This document shows positions 50,464 to 59,340 of a stretch of 64,000 nucleotides of DNA, piece by piece. Origin of the DNA: a virus. The first letter of the stretch is position 1. Every line of letters begins with the position of its first letter. The position numbers and the translations under genes were made by a program. The notes beneath the pieces are model-generated. The model worked only from the letters and a program-made list of their open reading frames with translations. It did not search any database and was not told where the DNA came from. The DNA lies in IMG/VR virus record IMGVR_UViG_3300038393_002515, one strand, 5' to 3'.

Positions 50464-51780
50464 ATGGCCACGAACTCCGTACCTGGGCAGGTCGCCGCCG
50501 GACTCATCGACGGCTACCTCCGCGACGACGCAGACGACGGCACCCTCGGCCTGCCCGACTACTCCCCGGTCCCGTACACGTACTCCCAGATGCTCGGGGA
50601 CGTCAGCTCCAGCCCCCAGTGGTTCGTCACCCAGTACAAGTCCACGTCGTTCGCCGGGTTCAAGGGCAGCCCGGACGGCTACGGCGCGCTGCGGGACACC
50701 GGCGGGGTGCGGGGCGCGGCCAGCATCACCGTCGTTCCGCAGGCCACGGGCACCCTCACGTCCAGTCCGGACGGCAGCCGTGCACCGGACTACACCTGGG
50801 GGCCTCGCGACTTCGCCTTCGCCGTGAGACACCCGGGCACACTGTGGACGTCGGCCAGCGTGGCCCGTACCTACGTAGCTCTCACCCAGGGCACCAACAC
50901 CGTCGGTATCCGGCAGACCGTCCCCAGCTCCGCGCTGGGCCCGTGGGACGCAGAGAAGGCCGACTCGGCGGCCGTGGCCCTTCCCTCGGCGATCAACGTG
51001 TGGGACGGCAACCCGCACGTCTTCACCCTAGGGACCTTCGGCCAGAACGTCTTCTGCCTCGTGGACGGCGCCTTCTGCGTACCGTTCCGCTCGCCCAGGG
51101 CCTACAAGCGCAACGCCGACGGCTCGACGAACACCGGCGTGTTCTCGGACATGTCGTCGACCGGCAGCTTCGTCGGCGTCGACTGGCGAGGCTCGGACAC
51201 CAACCTCTACGAGTGGGTCGCGCACCAGCAGCCCAGCGGCGACTTCTTCCTGCACGACATGGGCCCGACCACGGTGCAGGCCGCCCCGAGCACGACCTAC
51301 ACGCCGACCACCACGGCGTCCGGCGAGACCTGGTCGCTGTCCGGCACCGTCACCGGCAGCAAGGACGGCATCCTGCTCGCCGCCAATGCCACGGCCTCGT
51401 TCAACGTGCCCTGGCCGTACGGCATCCTGTGCACCCGCTGGGGCACGGCCACGGCCGAGGGCGGCCTGGTCTTCCGCAAGCAAGATGCAAACAACTTCTA
51501 CCAAATCACCTCGACCGGCATCTACAGCTGCATCGGCGGCACGCTGACGAAGTTCTTCACCTTCACCACGGCGCTGACCTCCGGCTCCCACGTCGCCGCC
51601 AAGGTCAGCCCCACCAACCTCCGGGTGTTCAACAACGGCGTCCTGATCGCGAACGTCACCATCTCCAGCTTCCAGACGGCCACCGGAATCGGGTTCCGCA
51701 GCCCCTCCACCGGTACCTCGCAGTGGCGCTACATCACCTACCTGCCGCTGGTCTCCGACATCGTCCTGCCCACTTCCTGA
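50464..51780 (+). CDS. Tail fibre-associated / receptor-binding candidate
   Basis: 438-aa beta-rich ORF between two fibre paralogues. No enzymatic motif recognised. Confidence 0.6.
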   Translation: MATNSVPGQVAAGLIDGYLRDDADDGTLGLPDYSPVPYTYSQMLGDVSSSPQWFVTQYKSTSFAGFKGSPDGYGALRDTGGVRGAASITVVPQATGTLTSSPDGSRAPDYTWGPRDFAFAVRHPGTLWTSASVARTYVALTQGTNTVGIRQTVPSSALGPWDAEKADSAAVALPSAINVWDGNPHVFTLGTFGQNVFCLVDGAFCVPFRSPRAYKRNADGSTNTGVFSDMSSTGSFVGVDWRGSDTNLYEWVAHQQPSGDFFLHDMGPTTVQAAPSTTYTPTTTASGETWSLSGTVTGSKDGILLAANATASFNVPWPYGILCTRWGTATAEGGLVFRKQDANNFYQITSTGIYSCIGGTLTKFFTFTTALTSGSHVAAKVSPTNLRVFNNGVLIANVTISSFQTATGIGFRSPSTGTSQWRYITYLPLVSDIVLPTS

Positions 51781-51789
51781 GAGGCCATC

Positions 51790-53385
51790 GTGGACCGCTG
51801 CCACCTGTACCTGCCACTGGTCGACTCCTCCGGCGTCACCTATCCGTACGCGGAGGTGACACTGCTCGACCTGGAGACGGGGAACCCGATCGACGAGCCG
51901 GTCTATCTCGACCCGTACGGCGGCGCACCGCAGGGGTGGCCCATCCTGATCGACCCGGCCGTCATCAGCTTCTGGACGGACAACCCGCTGCGGGTGACCG
52001 TGCAGGCGCTGCTGCCCGGTGGCGTGACCTACACCCGGTCCGGCGTCGACATCGTCCCGGCTCCGGCCGCCAGTGTGCGCAGCAAGGACCCGGTGCACAT
52101 CGGGTCGGCCGACGGACTGTCCGGCGATGCCATGCTGGCCGTCTCCCCGGACGGCTCGGCCGTCTGGCAGGTGCTGGATGTTCTGCGCTTCCACGAGCAC
52201 GAGGGTGACGCCCCGGACTCCACGGTGCTGGGCAGCCCCGACCTCACCGACATCTACCCGGGTCAGACGTGGCTCGGCAGGACCCCCTCCGGCGCACAGG
52301 GCGAGGACACGGCGGTCCTCGGCGCCGACGCTCACCCTGGCGGAGACGACGCGGTCGCCCTCGGCCGGGCCACCGCCGGACCCAACGCGGTCGCCGCCGG
52401 TGCCACGGCCAACGCCACCGACTCCAGCGTCGCCCTCGGCGCAGCAACCAACACTGGCCAGCCCGAGCAGGTCGTCCTCGGCCGCGCCGCCACGGCGGCC
52501 GCAGCACCCGCCGGAGCCATGGTGATCGGCGCGGGCATCACCGCGCCCGCTGCCAACCTCGCCAACGTCGGCTCCGGCATCCAGATCACCGCCGACGGAA
52601 AGATCATCATCGGGCAGGGCACCCTGCCCGACCTGAGCTGGGCCACCTGGGCGGCCGCCGTCCTCGGCAGCGGCGTCATCCCCCGGTACTGCGGTGTCCG
52701 CGCGGACGCAGTCCTCGGCTCGACGACCGGCACTCTCGGCGCGTACGGCGCAGCCGGGACCGTCCAACCGCTGGTGGACAGCAGCGGCGTCACCACGTCC
52801 ACACCGGGCCGGGCCGCTCTGCTGTCCTTGCTGTCCGCCCTCGACCAGCTCGGGCTCGTCTACCTGACCGACGGCGCGGTCGACGACCAGCTCGCCGACT
52901 TCACGAAGTCGTTCGCCCACGACAGCAACCTGATCCTGGAGACCGGTGACGCCGACGGCTCGAAGGCGGGCGACCTGAACCGGGCCCGGCGCAACGCCGC
53001 CGGTACGGGCTCGGTCACCTACCAGCGCACCACCGGGCTCCGGGACTTCCGTGCCCGGATCTTCGCATTGCAGCCGAGCGGGCCGGACCTGGCCGCCCTC
53101 GCCAACGAGGTGGTCGCCGACGTCTCCCCGGACAACACGGTCTGGACTCGTATCCCGCTGGGCTTCCAGACGATGACGGCAACGACGAACTCCTGGTACC
53201 AGACCTGGGTGGCCAACGCGCGCCCGCTGCCGACCGGAATGAAGTACCTGCGCCTGACAGTCCAGGTGAACACCACCGTCTCCACCCCACAGATCGGCCG
53301 GGTCATCGTCCGCGCCGTCGATCCTGCCTCTCCCGCTGGCTTCGGTAACAGCGGCTTCGGCACCGGCCCCTTCGGAGGTAGCTAG
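51790..53385 (+). CDS. Tail fibre protein (paralogue 3)
   Basis: SD GAGAGG before GTG 51790. N-terminal anchor domain and Ala/Gly repeats as in the 47954 and 48843 products. Has a YGAAGTVQPLVDSSG...ALLSLLSALDQLGLV motif. Confidence 0.7.
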   Translation: MDRCHLYLPLVDSSGVTYPYAEVTLLDLETGNPIDEPVYLDPYGGAPQGWPILIDPAVISFWTDNPLRVTVQALLPGGVTYTRSGVDIVPAPAASVRSKDPVHIGSADGLSGDAMLAVSPDGSAVWQVLDVLRFHEHEGDAPDSTVLGSPDLTDIYPGQTWLGRTPSGAQGEDTAVLGADAHPGGDDAVALGRATAGPNAVAAGATANATDSSVALGAATNTGQPEQVVLGRAATAAAAPAGAMVIGAGITAPAANLANVGSGIQITADGKIIIGQGTLPDLSWATWAAAVLGSGVIPRYCGVRADAVLGSTTGTLGAYGAAGTVQPLVDSSGVTTSTPGRAALLSLLSALDQLGLVYLTDGAVDDQLADFTKSFAHDSNLILETGDADGSKAGDLNRARRNAAGTGSVTYQRTTGLRDFRARIFALQPSGPDLAALANEVVADVSPDNTVWTRIPLGFQTMTATTNSWYQTWVANARPLPTGMKYLRLTVQVNTTVSTPQIGRVIVRAVDPASPAGFGNSGFGTGPFGGS

Positions 53386-53387
53386 TC

Positions 53388-55028
53388 ATGTTCGTCAAGA
53401 TCCCCAGAGGCCAGACCCCATGGGACGACTCGGTCAACAACGCCTTCACGGATCTGCAGAGCCAGATCACGGCGCTGCAGACCAAGTCGGGCAACCTGCC
53501 CTTCATCTCCGTGCTGGACTACGGCGCCAAGGGCGACGGCACCACGGACGACATGGCCGCCATCCAGTCGGCGCTCGACGCGGTGTTCACGGCGGGCGGC
53601 GGCACGGTGTACTTCCCGCCCGGCCGCACCTACGCCCTCAGCGACTACCTGCACATCCTGACCGGCACCACCGTCATCGCCTACGGGGCAACGATCAAGG
53701 GGATAGCCAACCGGGGCCTGGTCAAGCTGTACAAGGACTCTGACACGACGTTCACCGGGTACACCGGGCACTCCCGGATCCGCGTGTTCGGCGGCGTCTG
53801 GGACGCCAACGCGGCGGACGCAGGCGTCGGCACGGTGACTGCGATCGTGGACGCCTTCCTGCTGTCCCACAACAACGACGTCGTGTTCGAGCACGTCACC
53901 TTCCGAAACGTCTCCAGTGGCCACGCCCTCGACATAGTCGGCTCGCAGAACGTGCGCATCCTGGACTGCCGGTTCGAGGGGTTCAAGGACAACACCTCTG
54001 ACCAGTCCAGCAGCTTCCGCGAGGCCATCCAGGTCGACTTCGCCATCTCCGGCTCGGGCAGCAACGGCGCCTTCGACAACACCCCCTGCAAGAACATCCG
54101 CGTCCAGGGCTGCTGGTTCGGCGCCTCCGTCCGGCTGGGCGGCTTCGGCCGGGCCGTCGGCTCCCACACCAGCGCCAACGCCACCACCTGGGCCGACGGC
54201 ATCCAGATCCTCGGCAACAGGATCGAGGCCACGCTGCAGGAGGGCATCCGAGCCTACGCCTGGCGCAACGCCACCATCGCCGACAACAACATCTCCGGCA
54301 CCGGCCTGTCCGGCATCATGGTCACCGGCCCGGACCCGGCCGTCGCCGGATACGCCATCGCCTGCCAGAACATCTCCGTCCACGACAACACGGTCGCCGC
54401 CCCGGCCTCCGCCTCCGCCAGCCCGATCCGCGTGATCGGCTTCGCCACCGCCCGGCCCACTGGCGTGACGATCACGAAGAACACGGTCTCCGGCTCGCTG
54501 TCGACCGGCATCTACGTCTCGCAGGCCGACACCCCCCAGATCTCCGTCAACCGGGTCCTGGCGTGCACGACGTCCAGCATCTACGCGATCACCTGCGTGT
54601 CCCCGGCCATCACCGGCAACCACGTCAACAGCGCGGGCGGGGCCAGCATCGGCGCCGACACCTGCACCGGAGGCCACGTCTCCGCCAACAACGTCGAGAA
54701 CGCAGGCGGCCACGGGATCCTCGTGACGGCCGGGTCGGACGTCATGGTCTCCGCCAACCGGGTCTACGCCGCGAACAACTCCGGCATCCGCGCAACCACC
54801 AGCACCGCGCGGGCCCGGATCATGGGCAACACGATCATCCGGGGTGGGACCACCGACATCGGCCTGGACGTCACGGCGTCCGCCACCGACTGCCTGATCG
54901 TGAACAACGACCTCACCGGCGGCGGCTGGACGGCTGCCGGAGCGCAGGCGTACAACCTGGTCGGCACCCGCCAGATCACCGACTTTGCCGGGGGCTCCGC
55001 CGTCCCGGGCCAGAACATCGCCAACTGA
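53388..55028 (+). CDS. Beta-helix tailspike/depolymerase (pectate-lyase superfamily)
   Basis: YGAKGDGTTDDMAAIQSALDAV...GGGTVYFPPG N-cap signature. Repeated N-I-x-I/V beta-helix rungs (NVRILDCRF, NIRVQGCWF, NISVHDN...). Confidence 0.8.
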   Translation: MFVKIPRGQTPWDDSVNNAFTDLQSQITALQTKSGNLPFISVLDYGAKGDGTTDDMAAIQSALDAVFTAGGGTVYFPPGRTYALSDYLHILTGTTVIAYGATIKGIANRGLVKLYKDSDTTFTGYTGHSRIRVFGGVWDANAADAGVGTVTAIVDAFLLSHNNDVVFEHVTFRNVSSGHALDIVGSQNVRILDCRFEGFKDNTSDQSSSFREAIQVDFAISGSGSNGAFDNTPCKNIRVQGCWFGASVRLGGFGRAVGSHTSANATTWADGIQILGNRIEATLQEGIRAYAWRNATIADNNISGTGLSGIMVTGPDPAVAGYAIACQNISVHDNTVAAPASASASPIRVIGFATARPTGVTITKNTVSGSLSTGIYVSQADTPQISVNRVLACTTSSIYAITCVSPAITGNHVNSAGGASIGADTCTGGHVSANNVENAGGHGILVTAGSDVMVSANRVYAANNSGIRATTSTARARIMGNTIIRGGTTDIGLDVTASATDCLIVNNDLTGGGWTAAGAQAYNLVGTRQITDFAGGSAVPGQNIAN

Positions 55029-55031
55029 GAA

Positions 55032-55057
55032 GCCGCATCAACGGAAATGCGGTTTTC
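55032..55057 (+). terminator. Rho-independent terminator at the end of the tail module
   Basis: GCCGCAT (55032-55038) / ATGCGGT (55047-55053, one G·U pair) followed by TTTTC. Confidence 0.6.
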
Positions 55058-55126
55058 TCGATGGATCGGCAGATGGATAAATCTCCTAATCCATCCCGGT
55101 CCGCCCTGGTGGCTACGGTGACCTGC

Positions 55127-56677
55127 ATGGATGCCCCGGTCTTCCACAGCCCGCACGGCCTCTTCCCGTGCCAGCAGGAAGGCACCGCGTTCGCCTACAT
55201 GCAGCGCTCCGGCCTGCTCGTGGCCGACACCGGCATCGGCAAGTCCGTCATCGCCATGGCGCTCGCCGCCCTGCTCTCCGAGGACGGCGCCGAGGACCTC
55301 GTGCTGCTCGTGTGCAAGCAGAACAAGATCGCCGAGTGGCACGAGGACTTCGGCTCCTTCACCACGCTGGCGGCCGCCGTCCACCACGGCCCCAGCCGGA
55401 TGAAGGCCCTGCAGCGCGGCCTGCCTCACGTCGTGATCAGCACCTACGAGACGCTCCGCGCCGACCTGGCCCGCTTCTCCATCCCACCGGGCAAGCGCAC
55501 CAAGGTCGCCACCCCCGGGCCGTTCCTGGAGGCCCTGCTGGCCGCCCAGGCCGACGGCCGCCGCGTCCTCGTGGTCTACGACGAGATGTCCGACAAGCTG
55601 CGCAACCGCTCCAGCCAGCTCTACAAGGCCCACGGCTTCGCCCTCGCCCAGCTGCGCCGACGCCAGAAGGACCTACGGGTCGTCGGCCTGACCGCCACCC
55701 CGATCAGCCGCTCTTACGAGGACGGCTTCAACCTGCTCCGGCTCGCGGTCCCGGCCGCCATGCCGACGGTGAAGGCGTTCGAGGACACGGTGATCAGGAG
55801 CCGGGACGACTACGGCCGCCCGCGCTACGACGACGCCGGGGTCGAGTGGTTCGTCTCTCTGGCCCAGCCGCACATCTGGCGCAAGCGCAAGACCGACCCG
55901 GACGTCCGCGACCTGTTCCCCCGCCGTATCGAGGAGTTCCGCACGCTGCAGATGGGCCGGGAGCAGGAGCGGTTCTACGCCGAAGTGGCGTCCCTCCAGG
56001 GCGGCTTCGAGGAGCCCGTTCCCGGCCTGCACGCGGCCCTGAGGCAGATCGCCGCCCACCCGATGGCCCTGGCCCACTCGGCGGCCGCAGGGACCTCCCG
56101 GCTGGCCATGGAGCTCGTCGAGGCGTACGGCGTGGACCACCTGCGGTCGCTGCCCTCGCGGAAGACCGAAGAGCTTGTCGAGTACCTGTCATCCATCGTG
56201 CACGGGCAAGGCGACAAGGCCGTGGTCTTCTCCCAGTTCGGGCCATCCGTCCTGCCACTGCTGGAGGAGGCCCTGCGCAAGGAGGGCATCCGCTCCTACC
56301 TCTACACCGGCGCCCTCGACGGCGCCGACCGCGAGCGCGCCCGCACCGGCTTCCGCGCCGACCCCGACCCCTGCGTGTTCCTGACCTCGGACGCGGGCAA
56401 GGACGGCATCAACCTGCCCGAGGCAACCTACCTGGTCGAGTACGAGTCGGCCCTGACCTACGAAACCCGCACCCAGCGCCTCGGCCGGATCGACCGCATC
56501 ACCTCACAGGCCGCCTCCATCACCTGCACCACGTTCGTCCTGCAGGACACCGTGGAGGAGGGCATCGTCGAGTCCATGCTGGCTCGGAACGAGATGGCCG
56601 ATCGGTTCCTCGGTGACACCGGCGCGGACGGTCACGTGGGGGCCCTGCAACGGCGTCGAAGCTACCTGGTGGCGTAA
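55127..56677 (+). CDS. SNF2/Rad54-family helicase
   Basis: Motif I LVADTGIGKSV, motif II VVYDEMSDKL, motif III GLTATPISRS, C-terminal helicase motifs FLTSDAGKDGINLP and RTQRLGRIDRITSQ. Start ATG 55127 chosen; the in-frame ATG 55061 and GTGs at 55109/55118 are possible alternatives. Confidence 0.8.
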   Translation: MDAPVFHSPHGLFPCQQEGTAFAYMQRSGLLVADTGIGKSVIAMALAALLSEDGAEDLVLLVCKQNKIAEWHEDFGSFTTLAAAVHHGPSRMKALQRGLPHVVISTYETLRADLARFSIPPGKRTKVATPGPFLEALLAAQADGRRVLVVYDEMSDKLRNRSSQLYKAHGFALAQLRRRQKDLRVVGLTATPISRSYEDGFNLLRLAVPAAMPTVKAFEDTVIRSRDDYGRPRYDDAGVEWFVSLAQPHIWRKRKTDPDVRDLFPRRIEEFRTLQMGREQERFYAEVASLQGGFEEPVPGLHAALRQIAAHPMALAHSAAAGTSRLAMELVEAYGVDHLRSLPSRKTEELVEYLSSIVHGQGDKAVVFSQFGPSVLPLLEEALRKEGIRSYLYTGALDGADRERARTGFRADPDPCVFLTSDAGKDGINLPEATYLVEYESALTYETRTQRLGRIDRITSQAASITCTTFVLQDTVEEGIVESMLARNEMADRFLGDTGADGHVGALQRRRSYLVA

Positions 56678-56695
56678 GAGCTACTTTCTCAGCAA

Positions 56696-56743
56696 CGACA
56701 CACCCCCAGGGGGCGCAGCCTGGGGGGTCACATTGAATGTGTC
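56696..56743. repeat. Inverted-repeat element copy A (~48 nt, internally self-complementary)
   Basis: CGACACACCCCCAGGGGGCGCAGCCTGGGGGGTCACATTGAATGTGTC. Inner hairpin is CCCCCAGG 56703-56710 / CCTGGGGG 56719-56726; outer pairing is GACACA/TGTGTC. Sits between convergent genes. Confidence 0.85.
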
Positions 56744-57006
56744 AGAGCTGAGAATCCCCAGTTCAGAGGGTTGTTGCTGGGCTTCTTGGCGGCTATCTCC
56801 AGCGCGGCGAGGGCCCTGGGGAGGTCGGCATCGGGCTGGAACCCGACGTATACCGCGAAGCCTTGGCCGTAGGAGTCGATCTTGGCGCACATTTCGTAGG
56901 GCTTCCTGAAAAACCCTTGGCGCTTCATGTCCTTGCGTATGCGTGTGAGGGCTGCCTTGGCTTCAGCGCGGGGCAGGCTCCGAGTGGCGGGGATCGGTCG
57001 CTGCAT
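56728..57006 (-). CDS. Hypothetical small protein, probably leaderless
   Basis: 92-aa ORF with no SD. A TTGTCA-N18-TAGTGT promoter-like pair ends 6 nt before the ATG. The 3' end runs into repeat copy A. Confidence 0.5.
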   Translation of the reverse strand: MQRPIPATRSLPRAEAKAALTRIRKDMKRQGFFRKPYEMCAKIDSYGQGFAVYVGFQPDADLPRALAALEIAAKKPSNNPLNWGFSALTHSM

Positions 57007-57012
57007 GTCGGC

Positions 57013-57042
57013 ACACTAAGCGCACCGAAAACAAGCTGACAA
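57013..57042 (-). promoter_or_regulatory. Sigma70(HrdB)-like promoter candidate giving a leaderless transcript
   Basis: On the minus strand: TTGTCA (57042-57037), 18-nt spacer, TAGTGT (57018-57013), then 6 nt to ATG 57006. Confidence 0.35.
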
Positions 57043-57088
57043 GACCACGTATCGGCTCTGACCAGCGGAAAGATCGCCACATGAGGGG

Positions 57089-58321
57089 TCAGGCTGCGCA
57101 GGCGAGGGCATTCCGACGAAGCAGCTCGTCGTAGTCCGGCTCGTCAACCACCAGCAGGAACCGGCCATCTGACGCCACGACCAGGTCCTCGATGATCTCG
57201 CCGGTGGCCGGATTGAACGCGCAGCCGTCGACCACCCAGCTCTCCTGAACCTCATCCCCCCGGATCGGCACCACGTCGGGCATCCGGCGCTCCCGCAGGC
57301 GGGGGACGACCATGCCGCGCCAGACCGCCCGCTGGTCCTTGTGGGCCTGCTGACGGCGCCAGGCGGTCCCGTACGTGCCGATCTCGGCCGCCACGGTGTC
57401 CCAGCCCTCCCAGGCCCCCGCGAGGGCCTCAGCGGCCGTCTCAGTGAGCGCCCACAGGCCGTCCTCACGAGCAACCAGGCCGTACTCGGCAAGGCGCTTG
57501 AGGTGCCGGTACGCGGTCGCCTGGCTGACCATGGCGGTCTCGGTCAGCTCTGCCACGGACTGGGGATCCCGCAGGTGAAGGGCGGCCAGCATCTTCAGGG
57601 AGGAGGCACCCAGGCCCCGGTGGGCGAAGGCGTCCAGGCTCATCAGACGCTCGATGACGGCACCGTCCAGTTCACCGTTTCTCACCGTCGACACATTCGA
57701 CTGTGCCCCCCCAGGCTGCGCCCCCCTGAGGGTGTGTCGCTCGTGAGAACCGTCTCGCAGGCACCAGGTGGAGCCCTTGTCGGCGGTGCCGACCTCAACG
57801 AGACGGAGCCAGGCCCAGGAGACCAGGCGCTTGGCGGCCAGGTAGGCCGTGCGGGCGGTGCACCCGGCGATCTCGGCCGCCTCACGGTGAGACAGGGTGT
57901 ACATCCGCCCACCGGCCTTCTTCGCGGCGTGCCAGTGAGCCATCAGCACACGCAGAGCGGTGGAACCAGCCAGGCCACGCCAGCAGTTGGCGGAGGCGAT
58001 CTTGTCGCGGAGGGCAACGAGATCGACAATCGCGTCCTGACGGGAGCCGATCGGGGTGCTGTAGCGAACGTGTCGGCGGGCGCGCTCCCAGATCTTGTCC
58101 AGGCGCCGGTGGGCCGAGGTCATGCTCATCCCGCGCACGAAGCTGCCGGGACGCGAGGGCCAGTCGATCATGGCCTCGATGAACTGCTTACGGGTCCAGC
58201 CGTAGCGGACGCATCCAGCGGCAGCGGCGGCCAGGACGGCGTGCTGGTGCTGGGCCTTGGTCCTCTTGCTGGACTTCGAGGTGGAGGAGCCGTAGCGCAG
58301 GCCGGTGTCGCCGTCGGTCAT
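57089..58321 (-). CDS. DNA-binding protein with two winged-helix (MarR/ArsR-like) modules; candidate replication initiator or regulator
   Basis: HTH segments LSHREAAEIAGCTARTAYLAAKRLVSWAWL and SVAELTETAMVSQATAYRHLKRLAEYGLV. Start set at ATG 58321 because codons upstream (to 58609) lose the G/C third-position bias. Repeat copy B lies in-frame in the linker. Confidence 0.6.
   Translation of the reverse strand: MTDGDTGLRYGSSTSKSSKRTKAQHQHAVLAAAAAGCVRYGWTRKQFIEAMIDWPSRPGSFVRGMSMTSAHRRLDKIWERARRHVRYSTPIGSRQDAIVDLVALRDKIASANCWRGLAGSTALRVLMAHWHAAKKAGGRMYTLSHREAAEIAGCTARTAYLAAKRLVSWAWLRLVEVGTADKGSTWCLRDGSHERHTLRGAQPGGAQSNVSTVRNGELDGAVIERLMSLDAFAHRGLGASSLKMLAALHLRDPQSVAELTETAMVSQATAYRHLKRLAEYGLVAREDGLWALTETAAEALAGAWEGWDTVAAEIGTYGTAWRRQQAHKDQRAVWRGMVVPRLRERRMPDVVPIRGDEVQESWVVDGCAFNPATGEIIEDLVVASDGRFLLVVDEPDYDELLRRNALACAA
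57689..57739. repeat. Inverted-repeat element copy B (reverse orientation, inside a CDS)
   Basis: The reverse complement CGACACACCCTCAGGGGGGCGCAGCCTGGGGGGGCACAGTCGAATGTGTCG is ~90% identical to copy A. Translated as ...HTLRGAQPGGAQSNVSTV... in the winged-helix protein. Confidence 0.85.
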
Positions 58322-59340
58322 CAGCGTCGTGATGTGCGCCGAGAGCGCAGGAAAGCGGCGGAGCCAGTGCTGCGGGTGAAGATTCGGTAGAGACGCGCAG
58401 GACAGCGGCGCGGTTGCCCCAACATTGGCGAGATTTTCGCCATGGGTGGCGTGCGGCACGGGCAGGTGGCCCGTAGACTGACGTGGCACGGCGGGGGTGC
58501 CCTTTCCTGGAGGTTGTGGGCCGAACCAACACCGTGCTGGCGGCGGTCTGGCCGAATAGGTCGCGTCGCCTGGCGGAAGAACTTGCACTGTTCTTCCCGG
58601 GAGGTCCACTCGTGGCGGAGAGAACCTCCCACGGCCCAGGCAGGGCCGTTATGCGGCGAGGGGCGTCGCGGAGATGGCGATCTCCGGGCGCCCCTCAAGC
58701 CTTTCTGCAGGAAGTTCGTAAGCCATCGTCAGCCCCCTTGGCGGGTTCGGGCACGCGTGTGCCCGGGGGTGGTTCGTGGTGGTGGTGCCAGGCTGGCGGG
58801 CCCGGTCTGGAAGACATTGAACATCATCGACGGCGGAAAAGGACAGCCGCGCTCCGAACGGGTTGCGGGCGCTGGCCTGCGGCGGCGTGTCGTCACCTCG
58901 GGTCGTGTACACCGAGGGCAGTTCTTGGGTAGGCTGGCCCATGCCAGCGACCTCCAGAGGCGTAGCTCGATCTGATGGGTATGAGGTTGTTGGCCCCACC
59001 GACAGATCGACCGGCCAAAGTTTCTCTGTCGGAAGGCCGCCAAGGGATCAAGATCCCGAGGGCGGCCGTGGTGTTTCTGGAGCCAGGTGAAGCGGACGCG
59101 ACCCTCGGTGGGCGGAACCGACGATGGTCGCGTGGGTCACCCTAGTACCTTCCGAGTGCTCGATGCACGGACCCCGCGCACGAAATCTGCGAGCGCGCCT
59201 CCACCTGACGGCCCGTCGCCCCCCGGCAAATCCGTCGGACGAAAAACGCGACTTCGCCCGGAGTGCTGTGTAGCGTCGCGAACGCCGCAAGGAACTTCCT
59301 GCTCACCGCCATGAGCATCACCACCCTCAAGGGGCCCATC

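Noticed and set aside
56613-56909. Plus-strand 98-aa ORF crossing repeat copy A, as a possible alternative C-terminus created by inversion.
   Set aside because: It overlaps the SNF2 3' end and the better-supported minus-strand 92-aa gene. Its translation is Arg/Trp-rich and non-coding-like. The inversion idea remains untested and is listed only under the repeat finding.
58322-58609. N-terminal 96-codon extension of the winged-helix ORF (listed start 58609).
   Set aside because: Codons in this stretch frequently end in A/T (GGA, AGA, ACA, CAA, GTT, CTT, CCA, TAT...), unlike the rest of the gene. The sequence is full of dyads and reads as non-coding leader.
58442-59090. Plus-strand ORFs in the 58.4-59.1 kb gap (177 aa, 149 aa, 75 aa) and minus-strand ORFs (116 aa, 104 aa).
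   Set aside because: They are Arg/Trp/Cys/Gly-rich, overlap one another in several frames and lack codon bias and recognisable motifs. Only the 25-codon ORF with a strong SD was kept as a speculative note.
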